From Enoplolaimus lenunculus (Eukaryota), in the NCBI GenBank assembly GCA_030248215.1, contig JASANG010001402.1, forward strand, positions 248,001 through 312,000: a stretch of DNA of 64,000 nucleotides. The letters are read 5' to 3'. Of this stretch, positions 14,801 to 27,300 are shown piece by piece. Both the position numbers and the translations under genes were made by a program. A model generated the notes under the pieces. That model saw only the letters and a program-made list of their open reading frames with translations, was not told the DNA's origin and searched no databases. Position 1 is the first letter of the stretch. Every line of letters starts with the position of its first letter.

Positions 14801-15174
14801 CCGGAAAGTGAAAAATACCGGATTTCCCTACCGGAACCGTAATTTTGGTTGCACCCTGCCAGTCACTCAACCGTTCTTAGTCTGAAGCTTTAAGACTCAA
14901 GACGCTATACCAAAGCTGTAAAACCTTCCTACATAATATATACCTTTACAAAATAAAATTCCGGTTATGCTTTTAGTTTCAGGGTATCTCAAAAAGAACC
15001 TACTATAACCCAAATGTAAACAATCCACTCTACCTTCTGACACTTGGCCAACCAAAACCAAAGACGTCGCCAAATTACAGTCCGATTTCGATTTGAAAAC
15101 AGTCGAAGCATTTCAGCACTGGATTTGTACCGCGAAGTAAACACCGATTGGTACGTGTCGTGCGCGTCATCCAT
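5855..15174 (-). CDS. ADSL: Adenylosuccinate lyase, 13 coding exons, ~479 aa
   Basis: Exons (minus): 15174-15034, 14270-14067, 13498-13454, 12680-12601, 11808-11637, 11127-11081, 10248-10158, 9529-9460, 9162-9015, 8607-8517, 7572-7483, 6747-6574, 5941-5855. All introns are GT-AG and phases are consistent. Motifs: SRY, RHDVMAH, GATS, GRTHYQ (catalytic His), TGQTYPR, fumarate-lyase signature [33 protein letters not shown]. Ends ...QSVLSV*. Confidence 0.96.
6931..7375 (+). mobile_element. Penelope-like retroelement 3' remnant (GIY-YIG endonuclease C-terminus) with an inverted upstream copy, in ADSL intron 11
   Basis: ORF 7099-7329 reads [23 protein letters not shown]...[19 protein letters not shown], the typical PLE GIY-YIG tail pattern. 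6931-7098 is a near-perfect reverse complement of 7207-7375. Confidence 0.75.
10424..10874. mobile_element. hAT-like MITE related to family B (others at ~14448-14858, 17397-17832, 20439-20806, 47170-47669)
   Basis: CAGGGTGCGACCGG / CCGGTCGCACCCTA termini, TSD ACCAATAG/GCCAATAG, CCGGAT/CCGGAA subterminal repeats. Confidence 0.75.
12801..13058. mobile_element. Family A TTAGGC-bearing MITE in ADSL intron 3
   Basis: Same TIRs. Perfect 8-bp TSD ATTGCTTC. Internal duplicated TTAGGC-containing block. Confidence 0.85.
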
Positions 15175-16527
15175 TATTGTAAAATATTATTCAGTATTTA
15201 TTATTTCGAAGTAAAAAACAACCAAACAGGATGTACACCGGAAATCAGGCTGCAATACGGTAAAAATGCTAAGCCCAACTATGCGAGAACAGGGATGTCA
15301 GCCTACACCCTTTATAAAAAAGAATATATATTACATAATTCTGTGCTAACTTAGTTGAATTCAACTTTATAGAATACATTTCAACATCCCTTGAAAAATC
15401 GTTTGTAGAAGTCAGCGTTGAATTAAAGATTTCTTCTACTTAAGCTAGAGTCCACAAATGTCAATTATCCCTAGTTGTAGCGCATAAATGACTCCAGGAC
15501 CAAATAAACATAAGTTCGAAACTTTAAAACGTACTTAAGTTTTGAAAGTAATTCCTAAGTAAAACCTTGCATTATCGCTCAAACTTTGGATACAAGACAA
15601 ACGTTTAATTCAACGGAAACTACTCCTATTGATTAGGACCGAATATAAGGACCCCGTCTTATTACCCCCTCTAATACTGGCCACTACAGTATGCTATATT
15701 AGGCTTTAGCGTTGTGAATATAGGGGATATGAGCCTTAATCCCTCACAAACTATTTTCGGTTTAAGCCTTCCTGTTCTAGCGTTAATAGTAACTTTTAAG
15801 TATAATCATTTTCTACAGTGTACTGACAAATAACCGTTTAATTGAACAGATAGTTGCAATACAGTATATATCAGTAACGAAGAGTGGCGGTGCGGGTGGG
15901 CTGAAAATAAATAACAGTCCGTAACCGAATAACAATGGGGGTACCCTCTGGAGAGGCCAAATAAAATATCAGTCCCCCTCTTATTCGGGTCACTACAGTA
16001 CCAACTTCAGGGTCATTAGCTACTTCAGTCCTAAATTGACTTGGTGGAGTTATAGTATATTTCGAAACCCAGCCATTGTTTAGTCGGCCCATATAAAGAC
16101 CAGGACCGGAACAGTAGCATAAGCATCTTTCTAAGCCGACGACGAGCTATAAGCCTAAGCGTTAGGATGAGCTTACACCGAAGCCTCACAAAATAGTCTA
16201 TAGCTTGAGCTTACACTATTACAGTCCCGCGGGAAAACGTTCCAGACCTGTTCTAAACATGGGCCGATTACCTATATCACGCCTTGCAATGCAATAAGTT
16301 AGGAAAATCTGAACTCTGATCGATTGCTAGTGTAACTTTCCTGGTAAATCGATTTAAGGACTCAGAAGCTAAAACAGTTGAAACACAGTACAATCGGAAG
16401 TCATTTGACATCGCCAAAAAATCGACCTCCTGTACCTTTCTGTTTCCAACAAACGCACAATTTAAACCTTGAACGCTTCAAAACAATAAAACCAAAACTG
16501 TTTACGATTTATTTGAATAAAACTATA

Positions 16528-16724
16528 GGCCAATGTTACGCTGAGGGCAGTAACAGTAGATTAAGCGTATTCCTAAGCCTAAGCATGTGCCTAAGCGTTG
16601 CAAAAATGAGTTCCTAATTTTAAGCCTAAACCTAAATCTAAGCAAAAAAATGTAGTCTAGAATGTAAACCTACTCTTTTATAGACCCACCAGAAACCTGG
16701 ACGCCCTTTAAAGTAACATGGGCC
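16528..16724. mobile_element. Family A subfamily 2 MITE (GGCCAATGTTAC... / ...GTAACATGGGCC)
   Basis: TIRs, internal CCTAAG repeats, perfect 8-bp TSD AAACTATA. Confidence 0.8.
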
Positions 16725-19700
16725 AAACTATATATACTGCAGTACGAGCAGGTAGGAATACCATTTAATACACAACAGAATTTTCAATTCAAGCCTACGT
16801 TCAACCATCAAACAGCTCAAAGAAACTACGAATTCACCTCATAAAACTTTGGACTGCCACTTCAGCAAGCAACACGTCGCCGAGCGAACCTATACGTTCA
16901 TTTTTACAATCAGGCTTAGGCTTTGGCTTAGGAATATGCTTCTACTACTGTTACAGCCCCGTTCAATACATTGGCCAGTATACTTAACATCACGCCGTAC
17001 AGAACCTATACGTTCGTTTTTACAATCAGGCTTAGGCTTTAGTTTAGAAATATGCTTCTACTACTATTACAGCCCTGTTCAATACATTGGCCAGTATACT
17101 TATCAACTTCAGCTTTATCTCGCATGCATACGATTATACGACCCCTTAGCTACCACAAGACCGAGTTTAAGGTTTCACAGTGAAATATTTTTTCACAACC
17201 GATCAAATTTCCATTGGATCAAAATAAACAGGTTCCTAGCATGTGGGGCACAAACTAAACAGGCCTTCAATATCTTACATTTAAGCTACCACTAAACCGT
17301 TTTAGAAATTTAGATCATAGTGAGCAAACAAACGATATGCTTTTTAAAACTGAATAAAAACGTCATCAAATCATCATCATAAGTTGATGCGTAATCAAGG
17401 ATGCGACCGGATATTAAAAAAATCGAAACCGAACCTGAACAATAAGGATGGCGCTATATTTGTCGTGTGGCGTCGTTCGGTGCCGTCCGTCATCGTACAG
17501 TATCGTACATAATTTACCTACCATATCGCACGATGACGTACGGTGACGGCAGGTGCCGGACGGTGCCATATGACAAACGTACGGCAACAGACGAGTGCGC
17601 TGTGCGGCATCGTACGTAGAGCCACCCCCTAAGTGTATATTTCGATAAAAATTTAAACTTAATAGCATGTGATTTACAAACATAAATGTCACAATTCGTT
17701 ATTAGTTCGAGCTTACACTGATTTAAGTAACAACTCCAGATTCTGTTATACTTTTAAAATTTTGATTATGTACCCCCGCCCCCCCGACTGTTGATTTTTT
17801 GAAGAAATCCGTCTAATATCCCGTTGCACCGTGATAATCAATGCTAGCGTTGTTAATATAACAAACATAAAACAAGCGAAAATTAATGCTGTAACGCAAA
17901 AAAATGCAATAAAATATTATTAACGTACATAGTACGTTACGCTAATGTGCAGAACTGTGCAGTTCCGATTTAAATACCCAACCAAATAAAAAATGTTTAG
18001 GGTACCTGCTCACGAAAAAATATACTTAAAATTAAGTAAAACTGTTGCAGAATTAAGTGTTGGTTTGACTTAACTGTGGTGCTTGGCAAAGTTTTACTTA
18101 TTTTTAAGCAGACGCGAAATTCTTCGCTTTACATTTACTTAATTAATCAGGAAATCACAACAGTAATTTTACTTATTTACATTATTTTAGCAAAGATTTA
18201 CTCAATATTTAGTCGACACTTACTTTAAAATAGTTAGTAAAATATAACTAAAGTATTTTAAGTAGACTGTTTTTATAGAGTGAGAACCAAACTCTATATT
18301 AATATGAATAATTTCTTTCAGAAAATTCTACTCGCGACTTACTATTCAAATAATTCTTCCCCGCATACTCCAATCCCGAGAAGGAAGTGAGAGGCATGAG
18401 CCCCGTTGGGCAATGGTGTAAGGTGGGGCGGAATTGGCCACCCCATGTGACAGGCCGGTTCACGTACGGCAAATATAGACAAAAATTAATTAGAAGAAAA
18501 TTATTTTTGGTTTTAAAATTTTAAGCTCAAAATTAAGCTTATATGAACTAAAGTAAAAATCAAACAGACAGACATATGAGAGTACAACTTCAATTAGATC
18601 CAACACCCCCTCAATTGTACCCTGTAATGGTTTTAAATCGGCGTGTAACAATTAAATCCAATCTTCAGCTTTGCGTACAGAATTTATCCCAGGTCAAAGC
18701 CGCTAAAAGCCCTGCGTCACATTTTCAAATAAAAACAGACTTACTCTGCACAAAAACGCAACCTACAGCAATGTAATAATATGTACAAATCTAACACGTC
18801 ATGCCAATATGACACAAGATTTAAGAATGACACGTTATATATACAATATATGGTATAAATCTACCGGATACTGGATATTTACGATTGTCGTATCTAATAT
18901 CATAAAACTGCATTTTACAAGTCAGCGTCTTCCATATCTTGCTTGCTGCGATTACGAGTCCAGAAGTTGAAGTTTTGATACTTTTTCAGCTACTTTTAAC
19001 TTTTATGTAAGAGAGCGAGAGTTAAACACATTTTTATGCGTTAAACAATTTCTGTTTATCAGCAGCAATTATATATGGACTTTATAACCGACGAATCTAC
19101 TTTGAACATTTCTGCTATATATGAAACAAAACAAGGAATAACACAAACACAACCATAAACCAAAATACGCCACATTTTAAATTATTGTTTAAATTTTTTT
19201 GCACAACGTAGCACTTTTTCCAAAGTTCTGGCTACGCCTCTGACTTACAAGTATAAAGTTTTCCCGGAATTAAAAATTCAGACAGCGTTAAGCTCTGGTC
19301 CTTTTAACTTTGCCAATCTTTAAGAATCCTAATACTAATCTTAATCGTAAACTTTAGCCTAAATCTCGTAGTTACATCCTACAACCGCATAACACCACGA
19401 CGGTCTACGGCTCAACACACGACCGCATTCCCGACCCAGGATGCCTACGTGCATCCTTGCGAATGTTTTCGGTCATCCAGCACTTACACATCATATCTCA
19501 TCTCCCCGTTCCCAAAAACCTTAGCTATCCTAACAAGCAAATTACTAAAAATACATCTATATACAGTACCCTAGAATATATCAAATCAGTTCACAACGTT
19601 TAATGTCTCCCCTAAGCTAAACTCATAAAGCATGACGAATATAATTTTGTTTTCTGCCCGATCAAACATTTGCTAGGCAACTGTGGGGCCGGCAACATGT

Positions 19701-19918
19701 ACACTGATACAAAATAATACTACGATAACAGTGCGCTTCAGCACCTACCTAGGCCCAACTATCATAAACAAGCTAAATATATCTAACATACTAAGCCTTA
19801 GTTAAAAAACATTGTTAACTAAAACGTACAACAATAGTAAACATTACTGACACGTGGCACAGATACACAAGGGACTGATTGATCAATATAATATAATTAT
19901 AATGAATATACACAATAA

Positions 19919-19960
<42 letters not shown>

Positions 19961-21323
19961 TTAGCTACTAATGCAACTAAGGAAATATAATGACTTCAGC
20001 GACGTAAACTTCGTTCCGCATCAACTCCGTTGATCAAACTTTATACCTTACACCGTAAAAGCCATTTTCAAGAATTTTTGTGGATTTTCAGGTTCATTTG
20101 GAATACAGGAGTTTTAGCGGCCATGTAAATAGTTACGTAGCACAATCTACCCTTAAGCAACTTTTCCATTATTAAGGTGACATATTCATCAAAATGCGCA
20201 TCTCAAGCTAACGTTTCAGCCGTAATAACATTCACTGTAAGCTTCAACCATTCTTAGTTGTTTCGCTGGCACTGTCCAGTTCCGCTTCCGATATTTTGCC
20301 ACAGTCTGCCTACCTTTAACTTTTACATACACAGTAACATGTCAAACAAAGTCATGGACACAATAACATTGGCAAAATGCAGTAATATTGCAACAAAATA
20401 AGCATTATACTAATAATCTCCGTTATATTACCTGCAACCAGGGTGTAAACGGATAGTAAAAATAACGGAAACGGATAGTGATCAAAATAGCGGAAACGAA
20501 TACGCAAGTATGAAAGTTTCAAATGCTATTGTCCTGCCAAGACAATAATTGAGGCCTGCATATATTCAACGGTTTTTCAAAAATGTTAAAAAATAGCTGA
20601 TGCATCGAATTTTGTGAGATTTTAGATGAATTTCGCTATTTTTATTATTTTCATATCGAACAATTGCAGCAAATTTGTAATGAGAAATTGCGAGATATAT
20701 ACGTGATTTATAACTAACTTTAAGCGTAAAAAATAGAATTGTCATTATTTCTATAACGAAAACAGACACTGATTTATACCGGAAACGGATATCCGGTTAC
20801 ACCCTGCCTACCACTGTTACAAAAGATTTTATTCAACACAAACAATATAGTGAACTATTAAATGCACCGTATTTTAATCATCAATAAAATAATGTTGTTT
20901 CAAACCGGAAACCGATATGACCAGGTAATTTGCTCGTTCTAGCACTAAACCGTGGCTTCGTTGTTTGCAAATGAATGAACTTCAATGCTTATAGCTCCAG
21001 CCAATAGCATCAGCTGAAAAACACAATTTCCATAAATCTACTATTCCTAGACTGGCCAACAGGACCTATAAATTCTGGCATGCTCAGTAACGCCTAAAGT
21101 TAAGCATGGCCTTTAACCTAAGCCCAAGTATACGTGAAATCTAAACCTAAGTCAAACAATCTCCATGTCTTTTATACATCGGATCCCCAGTCTTATATTG
21201 TATATGCGGTCACCTTCGCGTCTACTATTGTTCTTATACTTGTTTCGAATATGCTAGAAGACCCTCATAATTTCTTCAACACCTATTAACCATGTCCTTA
21301 CCTTCCTACCTATTTGTACCCAC

Positions 21324-24300
21324 TTACCAAGTCCCAGCCTCGGCCGTCGGACTCGTCACTTCATAGTCACCGGCAAGTAGATGTTGGCCGTCGCTTAGGC
21401 CAACCGACACCTCGGCTATCGCCAACCCGCACGATACTTCTGAATCGCTCCCTGGACTGCTGTCGCTTGGTATCGACGCTACAACACCAAGGTTCAACAC
21501 ACCAGCTGCTGACGACGTAACTGCAACCTGCTGTAAAGGTTGCGCGAACTCTGGAGTTATAGTCTCCATAGCTACCATATCATTTCCGTTAGCTGGATCC
21601 GCAGCGACAACTAAAGGTCCGTTGCTACACGTGCTGGTGCTCAGCGAACGCATTTCGATATCCGTACTCAATGAATGTCTAAAAACAACAGCACCAGTGT
21701 TTATTAGCTCCGCCAATCAAGGCACCATGGCGCTTAAAATTTTAAACTGACGCGTAAACGTTTTCTGTCAATCGCCAAATTAGCGACTAAAATTTCTATT
21801 AAATGCAGCGAAATCCTAAACGCAGCTTTCCCAAATTGGCTCTGCTTTATCTCGACACAATTTCAATTTGAGGTATGACATGTGTTTGAACAACGCAATA
21901 TCGCACTATAATTAGTATAATTACGATTAAGTTTTTGAATTGGCACTCACGTGAAAATTTTCAACCTCAGTTATTACATGATTAAATCAGCGACCGAAAG
22001 TTTTCGTACCCACACACGTACGGGTATCCGAAACAACGAGCAGCGAATTACGCTACTAACTGAGTTTAGATAAAAGTTTTAAAAATCTCGAAATTCAAAT
22101 CGAAATCGAAATTTTTAACGCTTACCGGGAAGTCCCTGCAATATCGATAGGAGCAGACACAGGTGACATTTGCGGTGTAGACACCGTAGATGAAGCGGTA
22201 GGCACTGTGTCGGTGCTACGCGACGATTTTTCGCGTCGAAACACGTTCACTTTCTCTGGATATGCTTCCGAAATGCTAAAATGCACGATGTAATTCTGCC
22301 GATCGATACAAAGTACCATTAACAAAAAACAGGAATCGATCGGATATCCGGTTCCGGTTTAAAACCGGCAAAAACCGACCTAAGTATCCGGTTTTGGAAT
22401 GCCAACAGTAGATATTTTGTTGCAACCGCATTTGCGCCAAATTAAGAAGCTTACGTTTTTGTCACTGAAGTAAAATGAAAAACCTAGCTAAAAATTACTT
22501 TTAATTCAGGAAACATTATACGTACTTTTGAACCGCTCAAATACCACTAACTATGCGCAAATTTATATGCCATATCCGGTTAACATGCCGTGTCGGCAGA
22601 AAAATCACTGTCCGGTCCCGGATCAAGTAAAATTAACATCCGGGGTCGATCCTTGATAATAAGTACTTTAAATCCATTTTGCTATCACAAATACCAAACA
22701 AGGGCTGGTTCGTATAACACTTGACAATTTTTAAAAAATATCAGCAGCAACCCTATCCTCCACACTGGCATTTGAAAATTAGTTGTGATTCTTATTTTAA
22801 CTTTATAATTTAGTACTACCAAGTGTGCAGGGGGAACCGCAGAGTTGCACACTTTTGTTAAAGAGTATCATACAGTAATTTTAATACTACCAAACTTAGC
22901 ACACGTGCACATGTGAATATAAATACTTCTCGTAACACTAATCATAAGCATCACTATGCGGAAGTTGAAAGAAAAACATCTCTCCAAATCGGAGCAATTT
23001 GTCATCCAAACGGCTCAACTCACTAGCTCAACAAAGCTAGAATTGAAAATAGTTCTAAGCTGCAACTAAAATTCCATTACTTTCTACAAACAATAAATTT
23101 CAGTAAAAATTCATCACAGCGTAACAATTTTTATTAGACGCGAAACCGAGATTTAGCTTATAAATAGCAACGCTGTACTGACAAACGAAATACTGGAACT
23201 CCTGGATTTCTCACCGATCATATACCACACCGTCGACACCGTATGATTTAATTTCTTTCAACATTTCGTTGTCGTTCAAATCGTCACCCCATACAAAACT
23301 GACCAAACCTTTTGACGCGGCGCGTGACACAAAATGCGGCTTTCCAATTAAATCTTCTGAGTGTAAATTGACACCCTAAAATTGTAACGCTAGAAAATAA
23401 CAAAACGCTTGATTTAAGCTTCCATACATAAATTCTTGGGTTCCAATATCAAACGAATTCCTGTGAAGTCTGAAACTATGAGTAACTTTAATATTAAACA
23501 AAATTTAGAAATCTAATCTCTGCGTACGTACCGCCCATCTATAACCAGGTCGTAAACAAAACAACTCGTATGCCTGACCTTTCAAATCCATCAGTTCAGA
23601 CTTACACTGAAACTTACGGTGGCGCTATACTTTTCATGACGTCCGGCGCTATCCGCCACCCGTATGGCGCCGTCCGACATCGTCCGTCACCCGTACGACA
23701 CCATCCGTAACCGTGCGGTATCGCACGTAAATAACTCAATACGATAATGTATGGTGACGGACGGCGCCGTACGACAAGTATAGCGCAATCCTTAGCTTTC
23801 AAAACCTGCTTCATACACGCGGAACCTGTTTCATACACGAGGCACGCGTTCTATACATGCAGGGCCTTTACATATATGTGCTTGTTTGCTGTCATTTACA
23901 TATATGTGCTTGTTTGCTGTCAAAATTGACTAATTTTAACTGGTGTTTTAAACAACTATGCGTTTTCATCACTCCGGTTTTTTTCAAAATATTTACAACG
24001 GCACACGTCACATCTGGTAATAAAAGCATTCCGCTAGTTGAACAAGTTTTCACAGTTAAGTAAACTTTTGGTTGTACGGCGCCGCTCGACGCTGCAGGAC
24101 GAAAAAATTTTGTTTAGTCAAAAAGCATAGCGCCATCTGAACAATGGTCCACAGTTGCGACTGGACATACCAAGATATGTTCAGCTGCTGCAAAATTAAT
24201 GGCAAGGTTGGAGTCGTTGAGGCGTTCGTCTTTGAACGGGACGTACCGTTTACAGCGACCTTGAGTCAAAAACAAAACCGGATAAATATTTTGCTTCAAC

Positions 24301-27300
24301 TTTAACCTGAAACAGCCAAGAAACATCGATCATTAGCCATTTAACCAAAAATTTGGCAATCGTATTTAAAAATTTATGGTTAAAATAAAAACGAGCTCTA
24401 AAAGGTTTTAAAATTAGCGCTTTTGAATTTAAAAACCGAACATTAAACGAGCAGACATTATCAATCTTTTCACACACTTCAGTAAATACAGTCATTGTAA
24501 TAAGTAGTCAAATACAGTAATTGTAATTAATTTTTCCAAATTCCGTTTCCGGTAAATTGTAATTCCGGTTGCACCCAGGTAACCATTGACGATGCCAGGT
24601 TAGAGGGTTTAAAGTAACATGCAAACCTCTCTTTGCAAATTTTGTCCAGGGTTGCGAACCTTTTATTTTGTAACACAAAAAACGTTAGCTTCGAACACAC
24701 CATTCCAAAATCCTGGCTACGCAAATAAAAGCAGCTACTAATAAAAAACGCCAAACTTTTTCTACTTACATCGACATTCCGAAGCCTTAAACGGCCAACA
24801 ATTGTAATTATTATCACCATCCTAAAAATTATCAACCCAACCGCATGCTACCTTTACTTACATAGTACATATATCAGGTTCAAACGATGAAAATATTATG
24901 CGGCGATTGCCAGCGTTTTTCCAAACACACTCCAGAATACGATCGATGTACATATTCGGTTCGAAGAACATTGGACATTCAGAGCTGTCGTTCTAAACAC
25001 AAAACAATATTTACACCAGGGTGAGAACGGAATTCGGATTCCTCTAAGAATTCTGATTCGAAACATGTTCTAATTCTGTTTTCAATTCCTACTGGATATT
25101 CCGAAATAAACCGAAAACGAAATTTTGAACATTTACACTATGTTAATGATGTTTTACGTAGCGTTTTCCACAAATTTTTGACAATAAAACAAGGAAATAT
25201 TAAAACGCAGCCAATATATATATTTAGATCTACTACAGGTTATAGTAAGTACAGTCTCGTAAACTTTCTAGCTCCAATTCCGATTCTGCTACCAATATCG
25301 TTATAAAACTAGTTGCATAGTCGCATTCCATTTCATACCTTAATCCACGCTGTCCTCAAAGTAACCTATACAGCGCCCATGCACCCTGTTTTCCATCGTA
25401 CCCCTTACTACACCAAAACTTACTGCATCATTCTGCGGATATTTCACTTCGATGTTAAAACCAGTTTCGATGGGTACAATGTGAAAGGCTTGTGCGAGCG
25501 TCGGGAAGCTTTGATGCTCGGGAATATGATCGTGTTCAAAATACGCCGGACACAACCGGCCTTGTTCGTCAATTTCCGTAACATGATTTAACTGCAACAT
25601 TAAATATTATATAAAATGCAGAAAAATGTATAGACATGCCCTAATTATTAAAGTTAAATTAGTAATTAAAATTTTGTTACGATTCAATACCAACAAATGA
25701 TATCAAATTCATAGCCACTATAATTCGGCATGGATAATTTTAGACACTTTCACGGCTTGCTTAGAATATTTCACCATTTTTACAACGGCAGGACCAAAAT
25801 ACATTTAACTTAAAACCCTTGCCTAATTCGTCTAAGCGGCGACTATATCTGGTTACGCATGACAGCTAACACAATTAAATTTAATGCTTTACTGTATCCT
25901 TTGGTATCCTAGCTCTTAAACTAAAACTTGTCAGACAGACTTGCAACACCAATGTCTTAAAATATCGCAAGACATCGCATCTTAATTTTCATTGCTGCAC
26001 CTGATTAGCCGGTTCTATCTATAGTTTGCGCGTACCCGACACTATATGCACAAAAAGCAACTAGAACACTGTAAAAATTACGTAACAAGCGTTCCAGCTT
26101 TTTTATTACATTAGATTTTTTATATAATCACTTACCTTCAACGTTTGCAAATACGACAACAACAAATCTTTGACTGGAGTTGGAAACGATACGAACTCAG
26201 AGTCGTACGTTCTTAACGGGCTAGGTGGCGCGACTGCAATGCCTGGAATACTGTCGGTGGAGCCGCCGAATTTCCGCATCAAATTGAGGCCCACATGAAA
26301 ATCGTGATAAATGATTGGAACTTGATCTGCCGATAGTTGAACGTCAAATTCGACAAAATCAGCACCCTGTGATCGCAAAACAAAATTGATAGAAATATTC
26401 AACAAAAAGGGGGTAATAAAATCACAGCTAGACCAGGCATGATTAATACGTATAAAACCTCGTGTTAACTACAAGGTGTTTCAGAAGTAACTACCCACAC
26501 TTCTTCAATCAATATCTTCTGGCGTAATATTTCGCAATGGTTGTTTATCGCTGTTTTTAATATTTAGCGTTTTCTAAAATTCCAGTGGACTTATGCGCCA
26601 AAGTTTGCCGATCTGTACCATCCCGACTGGAGAAATGCATTCAGCTTGAAAGTGCACAGACGGAGCTGTTCTGACTCTCGTCGTAATATAAGTAAACTTT
26701 TAATACTTGCCTATAATTATACAAAAAACAGGCGAGCTACCTCTGCCCAGTCAACCGATAGTTAGCATCAAACAGTGGGTAGTTACTTTTGGAACACCGG
26801 TATAAGGACCAGATCACCAAACCTAAGCTTCAGAGTGAGTCTATCCCCTAAACATAAGCCTGACCTTTCCACTATCTAAATCCCCTTGTCTCCTTGTCTC
26901 TCAGTGGGCAGGCCCATGCAACTAACATGGGTCATAAGTACTATGAACAAATCCAACAAAAACCTTACATGATCAGCAGCTGCCGTAAGCGATGCAATCG
27001 TGTTTTCACGTACAGTTGACCGAGCACGTTCTCTGAAAGCATTGTTCAGTTTAAGCTAAAGAATCAAGCAATCTAAATTTAAAAAATTAGTACAATCTTA
27101 TAATTATGACAAACAGAAAACAATGAGCACAAACGCTGGCACCCAAGCACGAGTTAGATTTTTCCGTTTGTCGCTAGATACCGCAAATAAGACAATCATG
27201 CATAGGAAACATTGCTTTCCTAGCACAGAAATATTGCTTTCATTCATCAAAATAAATTCGATGCTAAAAGTGCGACAAGTGTAAAACAAATGTAAGTATC

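Noticed and set aside
15175..21010. GPCPD1-ADSL as a nematode operon
   Set aside because: Same strand but ~5.8 kb apart and repeat-filled. Cannot be supported without spliced-leader data.
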